Below are positions 38,806-48,073 of a DNA stretch of 64,000 bases, one piece after another. The stretch is from Escherichia phage vB_Ec-M-J, in sequence record OQ718158.1, one strand, 5' to 3'. A program made the position numbers and the translations under genes. Within the stretch, counting starts at the first letter, position 1. Each line of letters begins with the position of its first letter. The notes beneath the pieces are model-generated. The model saw nothing but the letters and a program-made list of their open reading frames with translations. It did no database searches and was not told the DNA's origin.

Positions 38806-39393
38806 ATGGCATATATTATAAGATCCGATATCGAAGCTATGTCACAAATCGTAGTCCAGAATAAAAACACTGGACTATCTATTAGTGATATTAATGACGT
38901 ATCGTATCGAACAGACGCAAATGGGGAATGTACATTCCCCCTCTTAACAAAAGATGAAGTTGATTCTATTGTTAACGGTTTACCATTATCACAATATGGT
39001 GAACTTTATGATGTATCTAGTTTGTCAATTACATCAAGCGGTTATTCATTACGTTTTAACCGAGAGATACCTGCATTCATCGGTGGCTATCTTTATAATT
39101 ACCCTGTTGTTGCAGTGACAGCACCAACAGTGGCATCAGGAACACAAACACAATATGTATACGCTACTTTAGTACTGGGTGAGCCAATTTATAGAATCTC
39201 AACTTCACAATTACAAGAATCACAGATTATAATGTTCATCGGGACTATTACCGTTGGAACTTCTGGTATTACTGCTATCAACATTGAACGCGTATCACGA
39301 TTCAATACATACAGACCAAGTACAACACAAAAAGGTTCATCTTTCCCAGTCAGTACTGGAAATCCAACACAAACTGGTACATTAGGCTGGTAA
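38806..39393 (+). CDS. tail-fiber-family mini-paralog (195 aa; N- and C-terminal modules only)
   Basis: N-terminus LPLSQYG and C-terminus RFNTYRPSTTQKGSSFPVSTGNPTQTGTLGW match the flanking large paralogs. Confidence 0.6.
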   Translation: MAYIIRSDIEAMSQIVVQNKNTGLSISDINDVSYRTDANGECTFPLLTKDEVDSIVNGLPLSQYGELYDVSSLSITSSGYSLRFNREIPAFIGGYLYNYPVVAVTAPTVASGTQTQYVYATLVLGEPIYRISTSQLQESQIIMFIGTITVGTSGITAINIERVSRFNTYRPSTTQKGSSFPVSTGNPTQTGTLGW

Positions 39394-39409
39394 TTAAAGG
39401 AAAAAGAAT

Positions 39410-42139
39410 ATGTCATCCAAACGCATCATTGGTAGTGCTGCTATACTTGGAAATTTAGCAATTGGTGGAAAGTACGCTATGCGTACTTTTAATGGTACAG
39501 CACCAGACGCAAATACAGGTATTGTTGACTATCCAATTTATAAAAGATCAGAAGTTCAAAAAATACTTGATATGTTACCAATCTCCCGTATAGGGGAAAT
39601 GGATTATCTACCATTAAACGTTAATGGTTCATACGAAGGGGCAACGTCGCTTTCAGATGTATACCGTATGCAACCAACAATAGTCGAAGATGATGGTACT
39701 GGTGTGGTATTACGTGCTGGTACAAATGGTAGTACTGAAGGATATTACTATGCATTCATTCGTGATTTGCGTAATATTGATGCACTAACACAAAGTAGTG
39801 TTATCAGTACTACATCAAAATATCATCCTAGAATTCTTCCAAGTACTGAAAATGTTAAACAGTTTATCGGAACGAATGGTTATGAATTACTAGTTAGCCT
39901 ATCTAGTGCAAGTAATTATATTTTCACTTTAACAAATGGTACATTTAACGAAGTTGCACATATTCACGCTTCTATCGCTGCTACATCATTTGGTACAGAT
40001 AAACCATTGTATGCACATATCGTTAATGATAAAGTATTTGTGTGGTGCAAAGACACTACTATAGCAAACTATGGTTTGGCTTTAACATTATATACTGTTA
40101 ATACAAGTAGTATTAAAGATGGTACTATGAGTACTTTTGCTAAGGTTACTGGTTTTTCTGGTCAAACCTTAAGAAGTGTTAACTACACAAGTGCTAATAA
40201 TTTGAAAATTTATGAAAGATTATATTCAGTTGGAACTAGTAGTGATTCATTATTTGAATGCACTTCACCAGTTACACGAGTTGAATATTCAGATTATACA
40301 GATTATAATATACAAGCAAACGTAAGTCCAGATTTATCAAAGATTAGAATTACATTATTTCCAACTAACCGTTTAGTATCAAATCTATATATTAGTACTG
40401 TTTATGCTAGTGGTTTTAGTTTTGTTTATACTATCAACTCTAAATCATTATCAATTGATGGAAGTAGTAGAGCACCAATAGCAGCGGAATATAATGATGT
40501 TGATGGATTCACATTAACAAACCCATTTGCCATTGAGATGAACAACTTCATGGGTACACAGTTAGGTGTTCCGCAATTAGGTAACGTTGGTTCTATATGC
40601 CAAACCTATGACGGTTTAGTATTCAGTACTCGTGCTCGTTGGAGTTCTTCTGAAACCTATGGTATTCAGGTTTATAACGTAACAGGAACACCATATGATA
40701 GTTGGGTTGCCAGTACTCGCAAAGCGAACAATTCTAAATTTGTAAACGTTGCCCCAACATATGGTAGTGCAGTAGGTGAAAACCTTTTAGGAACACGTTT
40801 TATTGATAAACGTAAAGTACTGTTAGCATGTTCTGGAACATATGAAGATGAGTCATATGGTTATAACAATACAGTATTTTCTGAAATTGGCACTGATCCA
40901 ACCTTCCAGTTCAATTCAGTACAAAACAATACAACACTTAATGGTTTTGCACCACAAGCCAACCGAACTCGCCTCGGCGACAACTACAAATATACAGGTA
41001 TGATTTCATTAATTGATACTGACGGTTCAGTTAAATGTTATGGGACATCATTCATTGAAGGTGTATACAAAACAAGTGGTGGTTTGTTTAACCCAGATAC
41101 TTTAGAATTTGATGGTTCTTATACAATTGGTGATAATGTTCTGGAAACATTAAAACAAGAAATACTTGCTAATATTGGAATAGTAGGAGCATTTACTGGT
41201 AAAATTGCTTTATATTATGTACCAGATAGTTCTTTCTCAAAATCTATTGCGGTGGTTTCTGCATATAACTTAGGAAATAACCAAGGTTATGCAATATATT
41301 CTGAAGTTGATGTCACTGTTTCAGGAACCAATATTAGTTCTGCGTCTATGGTGAGTTCTAGATACGAAACACTTAATTCTGTAACAGGTATTGTAACCGA
41401 AGCCTATATGAAACGCTGTACTGGTCTAACTGTTGCTAAGTATTCTGGTTTTGGTTATATTGGTGTTGATGCAGTTCATCAGTTTTCACAACCTGGTAAT
41501 GCTCAATTCAAATTGATGATTGCTAAAACAGTGAATGGTTTGATTACATCTAACCGATTTATGTCATCCAGCTACATAGATAATGGCAATGCATTCCAGC
41601 ACGGAGTTATACCAGGTGTTGGATTTGGATACTATCATCTTCAAGATTCAGATTATCAAACTAAAGCAGTGTTTAGTCTCTTTGGGACAACATCAGCACA
41701 GATGGATGGGTTGATTGATGGTTCAGGAACTGTACAAGATAAAATCGTAGTAGTTTCACAAGATGTTGCTGAAGGTTTCACTGTGTACTTCACCCGTGAA
41801 GTTCCGGTATTCCTTGGTGGTATGTTTGATAGATTAGCGATTCAAACCATAGAATTAAGTACTATTAAAACTAACCCAGCTAACAGTACTTTTTATCTTT
41901 ACATTCAAATGAACCGTAACACAAGAAAAGCGGCATACGTTATCAGTACAACTCTTCTTGATGAGACATTGACAAACGTATATGTTGGTGATATTGTTAC
42001 TGGAAGTACGAGTATTACGTCAATTGATACTGAAAAGGTAACCCGATTCTTGACATACAGACCTAGTACGACCAAGCGTGGTTCTGCTATCCCAGCAAGT
42101 ACTGGTGTTCCTTCAAGCTCTGGTACACGTTGGCATTAA
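39410..42139 (+). CDS. tail-fiber-like / putative receptor-binding protein, paralog B (909 aa)
   Basis: Collinear similarity to 36097 (GTNGS.EG..Y, VVSQDVAEGFTVYFT, C-terminal RPSTTKRGSAIPASTGVPSSSGTRWH). Confidence 0.65.
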   Translation: MSSKRIIGSAAILGNLAIGGKYAMRTFNGTAPDANTGIVDYPIYKRSEVQKILDMLPISRIGEMDYLPLNVNGSYEGATSLSDVYRMQPTIVEDDGTGVVLRAGTNGSTEGYYYAFIRDLRNIDALTQSSVISTTSKYHPRILPSTENVKQFIGTNGYELLVSLSSASNYIFTLTNGTFNEVAHIHASIAATSFGTDKPLYAHIVNDKVFVWCKDTTIANYGLALTLYTVNTSSIKDGTMSTFAKVTGFSGQTLRSVNYTSANNLKIYERLYSVGTSSDSLFECTSPVTRVEYSDYTDYNIQANVSPDLSKIRITLFPTNRLVSNLYISTVYASGFSFVYTINSKSLSIDGSSRAPIAAEYNDVDGFTLTNPFAIEMNNFMGTQLGVPQLGNVGSICQTYDGLVFSTRARWSSSETYGIQVYNVTGTPYDSWVASTRKANNSKFVNVAPTYGSAVGENLLGTRFIDKRKVLLACSGTYEDESYGYNNTVFSEIGTDPTFQFNSVQNNTTLNGFAPQANRTRLGDNYKYTGMISLIDTDGSVKCYGTSFIEGVYKTSGGLFNPDTLEFDGSYTIGDNVLETLKQEILANIGIVGAFTGKIALYYVPDSSFSKSIAVVSAYNLGNNQGYAIYSEVDVTVSGTNISSASMVSSRYETLNSVTGIVTEAYMKRCTGLTVAKYSGFGYIGVDAVHQFSQPGNAQFKLMIAKTVNGLITSNRFMSSSYIDNGNAFQHGVIPGVGFGYYHLQDSDYQTKAVFSLFGTTSAQMDGLIDGSGTVQDKIVVVSQDVAEGFTVYFTREVPVFLGGMFDRLAIQTIELSTIKTNPANSTFYLYIQMNRNTRKAAYVISTTLLDETLTNVYVGDIVTGSTSITSIDTEKVTRFLTYRPSTTKRGSAIPASTGVPSSSGTRWH

Positions 42140-42146
42140 AAATTTT

Positions 42147-42177
42147 AAGCTCGTCTATTGACGGGCTTTTCTTTTAT
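42147..42177 (+). terminator. rho-independent terminator
   Basis: AGCTCGTC-TATT-GACGGGCT (one mismatch) followed by TTTTCTTTT. Confidence 0.6.
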
Positions 42178-42186
42178 GTGTATAAT
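42158..42186 (+). promoter_or_regulatory. sigma70-like promoter overlapping the terminator
   Basis: TTGACG 42158-42163, 17-bp spacer, TATAAT 42181-42186 preceded by TGTG. Confidence 0.45.
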
Positions 42187-42209
42187 GCTAGAAAATACAG
42201 GAGGAAATT

Positions 42210-42776
42210 ATGGTCAAATCTTTACTACCACCACCAAAGCGTCACAAAATCCAAGAAATGAAAGACCAACGTACATTAAAGATGTACAACAATTTAGTTA
42301 AGTTACTGTGTAAAAGTCCATCGCTCAAAGCAGAGTTTAAAACTGATGATGACCGCAAAGCACTAATTGAGATGAAGTATATGCTCAGTAAAATGTCCTT
42401 TTACAAATTTGTAAAAGAATACGCATCTGACCCATTTAGTCCTCGTTGGAGAACCAAACCAAGAGAGTTTTTTTTCGGTGGTTCATATACTGATATCATT
42501 CAAGATACTGTGATAGGCGTAGAGTTCGAGATTGATTATGAGCCGAATGGTGTGGAAAACTTGCTGATTGAGAAACGTTTACCAAGTGAAGAAGAAATTT
42601 ATGTTTATGCAAGAAAACTTTCAACTTACAGTTCAAGAATTACTCTAGGCAAGTTAGATTCATTTATTATTTTCTATATACGTGTTGGCGTAGACAAAAT
42701 GGTAACTAAACTCAATGAACTTTCATTACAACAAAAACAGATTAATGCATACAAAGACATTACTGATTTATACTAA
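42210..42776 (+). CDS. small paralog family member 1 (188 aa)
   Basis: Shares N-terminal motif (SPSLKAEFKTDDDRKALIEMKYMLSK) with the next two genes. Confidence 0.55.
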   Translation: MVKSLLPPPKRHKIQEMKDQRTLKMYNNLVKLLCKSPSLKAEFKTDDDRKALIEMKYMLSKMSFYKFVKEYASDPFSPRWRTKPREFFFGGSYTDIIQDTVIGVEFEIDYEPNGVENLLIEKRLPSEEEIYVYARKLSTYSSRITLGKLDSFIIFYIRVGVDKMVTKLNELSLQQKQINAYKDITDLY

Positions 42777-42788
42777 TGAGGAATGAAT

Positions 42789-43304
42789 ATGTTTTTTGGC
42801 CCAGTTGGAAAACAAAACAGTACTTTAATTTGGCATGAAATTATCTTTAAAATTATATCAAAAAGTTTCACACTTAAAGATATCATCAATACAGATCAAG
42901 ATCGTCGTGTTCTGTTAGAAGCAAAATATAAATTGAGCAAACACCCTTTGCTACCATTAATCATTGATTACGTTAATGATTATGAATCCAGTCGTTGGAA
43001 GTTTGAAGAAGGCGGTTTATTTCGTGGAAAAACATTCTACGGTGCGGAACGATATGTATTCAGTGATGCAACAAATGGCGTTAAGTTTGCTATTAGAAAC
43101 TTTAACTCCAAAGAAAATGATTATCTTGAAAGTGGAGTGAAAGTATATATCGATAACAATAGCAATGTTCTAACATATGACGAATCACTAATTATGTTAC
43201 AAATAATGCGTGGCGTTGAAGGTGTAAGACACAATCTTACTAATTTGAAAATTCAGCAAAATGATATACATAATAGACAGAAAATTAAGGGTTTATATAA
43301 ATGA
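42789..43304 (+). CDS. small paralog family member 2
   Basis: FTLKDIINTDQDRRVLLEAKYKLSK; ATG 42789 with GAGGA RBS. Confidence 0.5.
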   Translation: MFFGPVGKQNSTLIWHEIIFKIISKSFTLKDIINTDQDRRVLLEAKYKLSKHPLLPLIIDYVNDYESSRWKFEEGGLFRGKTFYGAERYVFSDATNGVKFAIRNFNSKENDYLESGVKVYIDNNSNVLTYDESLIMLQIMRGVEGVRHNLTNLKIQQNDIHNRQKIKGLYK

Positions 43305-43810
43305 TTTCATTTTTCAAAAAGAAAGAAAAAGTTGATGAAACTGGATTAGAATCGTTTCTATGGACTCTTATCATCAAAAAAAGTCCATTGATAAAAGAAT
43401 ATGCCATCAATGATACTAATAGAAAAACTATCATTGAATACAAATACGAATTAGCAAAATGTGATCCGATTGTTTACCACTTCGTAAAGTACTGTTCTGA
43501 AAATTTATCGGATATCACTATTGAACACGAGTCAGTACCAATGAGTTTTCCTTATGGAGATTGGGTATATACTTATGATATTTTTGATGGGTCTAACGGA
43601 TTCAGTTTTTATTTCACATCAAATAAAGCATATGTTCGAATCAAAACAGATATAGGTTGGGTATTGCATAGCACAAATAAAGAAGATTATAATTTATTAG
43701 CTGATGTATACAGAAGTGTTAAGAACTCAAAGGATATTGATGAAAGAATTAAAAAGCAAAATCGTATTTCTTTATCAATAGAAACATACAAGTCAAAGTA
43801 TGGTGGTTAA
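43301..43810 (+). CDS. small paralog family member 3
   Basis: SPLIKEYAINDTNRKTIIEYKYELAK; ATGA overlap. Confidence 0.5.
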   Translation: MISFFKKKEKVDETGLESFLWTLIIKKSPLIKEYAINDTNRKTIIEYKYELAKCDPIVYHFVKYCSENLSDITIEHESVPMSFPYGDWVYTYDIFDGSNGFSFYFTSNKAYVRIKTDIGWVLHSTNKEDYNLLADVYRSVKNSKDIDERIKKQNRISLSIETYKSKYGG

Positions 43811-43812
43811 CT

Positions 43813-44214
43813 ATGACTACAGTTGATGATATCTACAGTACTATACGAAATATGAGTACAGATAGAAAAGTGTTTGGTGACAAAGAAAAGTCAAAATGTT
43901 ATGGCATCGATTCTTTTGATATTATTTCATACGAATATAATAACAACGGGACCAGTTCACTAAACATTGTGTGTCCACGAGATCCAGAAAATAATTTCAT
44001 GTACGTTGAAATTAACAATGATGGTATGTTCTTTACTAAAGTATATAAAGGTGGGAAAGAATACGAACCCATCGAAGTAATGAATGAAGAGAAATTCTTC
44101 CAAGAAGATACCATCATCAATCTTGGATTTAGTTACAATGACTATCAAGTACTGGATCATGATTTTAAACGATACTATAATGGTTTTCTAAAGGAGTTAA
44201 CGATTTACTTATGA
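43813..44214 (+). CDS. hypothetical protein
   Basis: Track ORF. Confidence 0.5.
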   Translation: MTTVDDIYSTIRNMSTDRKVFGDKEKSKCYGIDSFDIISYEYNNNGTSSLNIVCPRDPENNFMYVEINNDGMFFTKVYKGGKEYEPIEVMNEEKFFQEDTIINLGFSYNDYQVLDHDFKRYYNGFLKELTIYL

Positions 44215-45449
44215 AAAACAATTTTCTAGAACAAACTATTGTGAAACACTTAGCTGGTTCACAGGCGTATGGCACAAGCACACCAGAAAGTGATACCGAT
44301 TATCGTGGTATCTTCCTTGCAAACAAAGAATTTATCCTAACTCCTTTTTTTAATGTTAAGGAAGTTTCAGATCCTTCTGAAGAAGATACTAAATTTTATG
44401 AAGTCAATCAGTACTTAAGTCTGTATACTGAAGCTAACCCAAACATTCTTGAATCACTATGGGTTAAACCTGAACACATCGTAGAAAGTACTGAAATCTA
44501 TGACTATCTACGCTCATTCAATCAGCAATTATTGAGTTCAAAGATTGCACACTCATACAGTGGATATGCATACAATCAGGTTAAGCGTATGTCTAATCAC
44601 CACGGCTGGCTCGATAAGGAACGAATTGCTGAACGTAAACTAAATGAAATTTTAGAAGAACATCCAGTTGACGAAGTACTTTCATGGATGTATGATACAT
44701 TCCCGCAGTATTTGGTAGACCGTTTGAATAAATCCAATCTTCACCCATTCAATGCTACAAAAATTGATTTTGAAAAATACATGCGTGATACTTCATTACA
44801 ATTAGTTTCAACACAAGCATTGAAACAATATCATTTTGTACGTTTAGTACATAATTATAGTACTGATAAAGTATTAGATCGTGATTTCAATTTATTGAAT
44901 TACAATTCAGGGTATGAACTAATCCATTACGGTGAAAACATCTTTGGGGTAATTATCAACCCGAATGAAAGTACAGTGAATGCTGATGGTTCACTACGTT
45001 ACTTCAACAAAGAACGTACTACAGAAGAATTGAAAGTTCGTCCTGAACTCATTGTAAAATTCAATGAAAAGGAATACAAAGAAAATAGTGAGAACCGTAA
45101 GAGTTATCACAAATGGAAGCAGAATCGTAATGCCAAACGTGCTATTCTTGAATCACACCACGGTTATGACTGCAAACATGCTATGCATACAATCAGGCTG
45201 CTGAATACAGCACAGGAAGCACTTGAAACTGGTATCATCCAAGTTCACCGACCGGATGCTGCTATGTTGATGGACATTCGTAACGGGAAGTGGTTGTATC
45301 AAGAAGTTATGGATTATTTCAACGAAAAGGTTGACTACATCCGAAATGTGGCGTATCATAAGACCCATCTACCGAAGCGACCAAACATAAAGTTGGCTAC
45401 GAAGGTACTATTAGATATCCGTGAAATGCAATGGTACAGTAAAAAATAA
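44211..45449 (+). CDS. Pol-beta-superfamily nucleotidyltransferase (RlaP-like)
   Basis: N-terminal hGS-x9-D-x-D motif (AGSQAYGTSTPESDTDYRG) recalled as typical of RlaP-type predicted nucleotidyltransferases. Confidence 0.55.
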   Translation: MKNNFLEQTIVKHLAGSQAYGTSTPESDTDYRGIFLANKEFILTPFFNVKEVSDPSEEDTKFYEVNQYLSLYTEANPNILESLWVKPEHIVESTEIYDYLRSFNQQLLSSKIAHSYSGYAYNQVKRMSNHHGWLDKERIAERKLNEILEEHPVDEVLSWMYDTFPQYLVDRLNKSNLHPFNATKIDFEKYMRDTSLQLVSTQALKQYHFVRLVHNYSTDKVLDRDFNLLNYNSGYELIHYGENIFGVIINPNESTVNADGSLRYFNKERTTEELKVRPELIVKFNEKEYKENSENRKSYHKWKQNRNAKRAILESHHGYDCKHAMHTIRLLNTAQEALETGIIQVHRPDAAMLMDIRNGKWLYQEVMDYFNEKVDYIRNVAYHKTHLPKRPNIKLATKVLLDIREMQWYSKK

Positions 45450-45459
45450 GAGGATTGTT

Positions 45460-45876
45460 ATGCTAAACGAACAAATCAAAGACGCACTACGTGTACTGAA
45501 TCGCGAAGTTAACCGCATCCAGAAAAGTACTGATCGTTATAAACTAATGCATGAACTTAGACTTTCGTTGGAAGCTATCAATAATGGCGAATGGTATCTT
45601 GAACCAGAATATCGCACACGTGAACTAACTGACGTTGAAAAAGCAATTGTCAAATTCATTACAAGTCGCGACAAAAATGCATCCGAAAAAGATGTATCAA
45701 TGAACTTCCATCTTACTAAATGTGAAGTCGTGGAAAAATTTAAATTCGATTGGCTTGACTGGATTGAAATGATCATGGAACTTGAAGAAGAATTCAAAGT
45801 TGAAGTTGATTTGGAATACGAGAATGAAAACACTAAACTGTATAAACTCGTAGATCATATTCAAAAAATGTTGTAA
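45460..45876 (+). CDS. ACP-like (acyl-carrier-protein fold) protein lacking the phosphopantetheine-attachment serine
   Basis: C-terminal FDWLDWIEMIMELEEEFKVEVD resembles ACP helix II ([17 protein letters not shown]) with Ser replaced by Trp; ATG 45460 with AGAGGA RBS. Confidence 0.5.
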   Translation: MLNEQIKDALRVLNREVNRIQKSTDRYKLMHELRLSLEAINNGEWYLEPEYRTRELTDVEKAIVKFITSRDKNASEKDVSMNFHLTKCEVVEKFKFDWLDWIEMIMELEEEFKVEVDLEYENENTKLYKLVDHIQKML

Positions 45877-45929
45877 ACATATAATATAGTACACTCTAAA
45901 TAATATTACCAACTATAGGAGATGTTATT

Positions 45930-46304
45930 ATGAGTGTACTAGAAATTATTGTTTCAAAAGTTTTAATACCATATTGGAAACCAATTTTGGTAGTAGGAGT
46001 AATGGCAGGTTGTGTTTACGGTGGATGGTCAGCAAATACTTATTATACTGGTTATAAAGAAAGTATTGACCAAAAAATAGAAAAGAAAGTTGATTCTGCA
46101 CTCGCTAAGATGCAGCAAGAAAATGCAAAAAACTATATAGAAACCAAAAAGATAATGCAAGATAATGCTAAAGTTATCGAGACACAAGTGCCTATTATAG
46201 TAGAAAGAGAAGTTTACAAAAATGTATGTCTAGATGAAGATGGCGTTAAACTTCTGAATGAACTTAAACAGAATTCCCTTGCAGCGAGGAATAAATTCAA
46301 ATGA
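45930..46304 (+). CDS. i-spanin-like (Rz-type) inner-membrane protein
   Basis: N-terminal TM helix then charged coiled-coil-like region; ATGA-coupled to a downstream lipoprotein gene. Confidence 0.55.
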   Translation: MSVLEIIVSKVLIPYWKPILVVGVMAGCVYGGWSANTYYTGYKESIDQKIEKKVDSALAKMQQENAKNYIETKKIMQDNAKVIETQVPIIVEREVYKNVCLDEDGVKLLNELKQNSLAARNKFK

Positions 46305-46615
46305 AATACGCTTTAGTATTTGCAATTTCTTTTCTATTAATTAGTGGTTGTGCTGAAGAAATTAAGTATCAACCTAAACCAATTGTAGAACAAGAAATCT
46401 TACTTGAACGTTGTGACGAAAATACACCACTACCAAGTAAAATCATGGTCGATAAAAACGGGTTCAGAGGATATGATGGTGCTGAAATTCTTGCAGTACT
46501 CGTAAAATGGGATGCAATGTACAATGACTGTGCACTAAAACATGATGCATTAATTAAAACTATTCGTGATTTACAAAATCAAGATGTTAAGGTTAAAATT
46601 AAATCCGAGGATTAA
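46301..46615 (+). CDS. o-spanin-like (Rz1-type) lipoprotein
   Basis: Signal peptide with lipobox LISGC immediately downstream of the i-spanin-like gene. Confidence 0.55.
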   Translation: MKYALVFAISFLLISGCAEEIKYQPKPIVEQEILLERCDENTPLPSKIMVDKNGFRGYDGAEILAVLVKWDAMYNDCALKHDALIKTIRDLQNQDVKVKIKSED

Positions 46616-46617
46616 AA

Positions 46618-47229
46618 ATGTCAAAATATCAGGTCTACTATGTTGCCAAACTATCACTTCTTGATGAGTTAAATCAAAGAAGTACACAGATGAAACGCTA
46701 TACATATAACGGTGTTACTTTCCGATACTTCCCACAAAAAGTACTTACATTCGTTAAGAATTGTAAATGCGTTGCGTGTGGTATTGAAGCTACTGAAGTT
46801 CGCATTGAGCGTTCACATAGCACTGATCCGGTATATGGTAAACCTCACTTAAATGTCTATGCAGTTTGTGGTCTATATGAAGTACTGATGACAGTAGATC
46901 ATAACCAACTAGCATCTAAGGGTGGACCTGATTTAGAGTCAAATTACAACACAATGTGTTCACGTTGTAACAGTCTTCGTTCTAATAAAACTGAATCAGT
47001 AGGTGAATTCCTGGAAAAAGTTAAGGGTAGAAATCTACTGGAAGAGCATATGAATGATTTTTTCAATAAAGATAAGAAGAAATCTAAAACTCCTACTCCA
47101 GAAGAATTGGAAGAACGCCGTTTACGTACAGAACTATGGGAAACCGACCATATATGGCATGTTCGTGATTTTGGACGACATATGAAAGCTCTAAAAAAAG
47201 AACAAAAGAAATTGAATAATCACAATTAA
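46618..47229 (+). CDS. HNH endonuclease (possible free-standing homing endonuclease)
   Basis: HNH signature VDHNQLASKGG...N..CSRCNSLRSNK plus CKCVACG zinc motif. Confidence 0.6.
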   Translation: MSKYQVYYVAKLSLLDELNQRSTQMKRYTYNGVTFRYFPQKVLTFVKNCKCVACGIEATEVRIERSHSTDPVYGKPHLNVYAVCGLYEVLMTVDHNQLASKGGPDLESNYNTMCSRCNSLRSNKTESVGEFLEKVKGRNLLEEHMNDFFNKDKKKSKTPTPEELEERRLRTELWETDHIWHVRDFGRHMKALKKEQKKLNNHN

Positions 47230-47239
47230 TATGTTATGA

Positions 47240-47273
47240 TAGGGACTTGAGAAATCGAGTCCCTATTTTTTTG
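47240..47273 (+). terminator. rho-independent terminator
   Basis: TAGGGACT...AGTCCCTA hairpin followed by TTTTTTT. Confidence 0.75.
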
Positions 47274-47283
47274 GAGAAAATAA

Positions 47284-47640
47284 ATGAAATCTAAAATCTT
47301 TTTACCGCAGTTAATGTGGCATCTGGCAGAGTTAGATGAAGATGATGAATATACTGACTATGGTACATGGGATGACAGTACTGAATCATTCAATCCAGAT
47401 GTTAAGTACAAAATCATTAGTAATGAAAGTAAAGGGTATAGACGATGGACAGAAGAATTTGATCTAGTTTTTCTTGACATGAACACGAACAAATATTATC
47501 ATTGTACGTATGAACGAGGTTTAACAGAAGATAGACCAGCAGAACCATTCAGAAATGAAACTGATGGTGTTAAGTGCTATGAAGTTTCTGTTACCAGAGA
47601 AGAAATTATCACTTATCGAACTTTGTGGAAATATTTGTAA
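47284..47640 (+). CDS. hypothetical protein
   Basis: Track ORF. Confidence 0.5.
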   Translation: MKSKIFLPQLMWHLAELDEDDEYTDYGTWDDSTESFNPDVKYKIISNESKGYRRWTEEFDLVFLDMNTNKYYHCTYERGLTEDRPAEPFRNETDGVKCYEVSVTREEIITYRTLWKYL

Positions 47641-48038
47641 TGCTAAAAGAATTAGATTTTTCAAACTTAGAAATCATCAGTGCTGTTAAAAATATCTCTG
47701 ACTTTGGAGATGAGAAGTCAGTACTGGTAACTGTTACATTCGTCAAAGAACAGGATAGCTATAGCCATTTAGATGGTATTGAAGAACTAATTCACAAGAC
47801 TAATCTACAAAACGATGGTAAACTCATTAAGCTTCAGGCTTCCTATACGCAAAAATCGTCATTTTTTGTAGACCTAAATAATGTAGTCAAGGTGGTATAC
47901 AATCACCCTGAACACAAATACAGGAACACGACAAGAAACGAGAATGATGCTATAGACTCCAATATCAAAGAGGATGTCGAATTCATCAACACAATTTTTG
48001 ACCGTTGTTCCAAGGATTTGAAAAAGGTATACATGTAA
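47625..48038 (+). CDS. hypothetical protein
   Basis: Track ORF; start uncertain. Confidence 0.45.
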   Translation: MEIFVMLKELDFSNLEIISAVKNISDFGDEKSVLVTVTFVKEQDSYSHLDGIEELIHKTNLQNDGKLIKLQASYTQKSSFFVDLNNVVKVVYNHPEHKYRNTTRNENDAIDSNIKEDVEFINTIFDRCSKDLKKVYM

Positions 48039-48039
48039 C

Positions 48040-48067
48040 GGGACATAATACATCCTAGTGATATAAT
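48040..48067 (+). promoter_or_regulatory. sigma70-like promoter, extended -10
   Basis: GGGACA 48040-48045, 16-bp spacer, TGaTATAAT with TATAAT at 48062-48067; fires into a region without a convincing ORF. Confidence 0.55.
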
Positions 48068-48073
48068 GTATAT

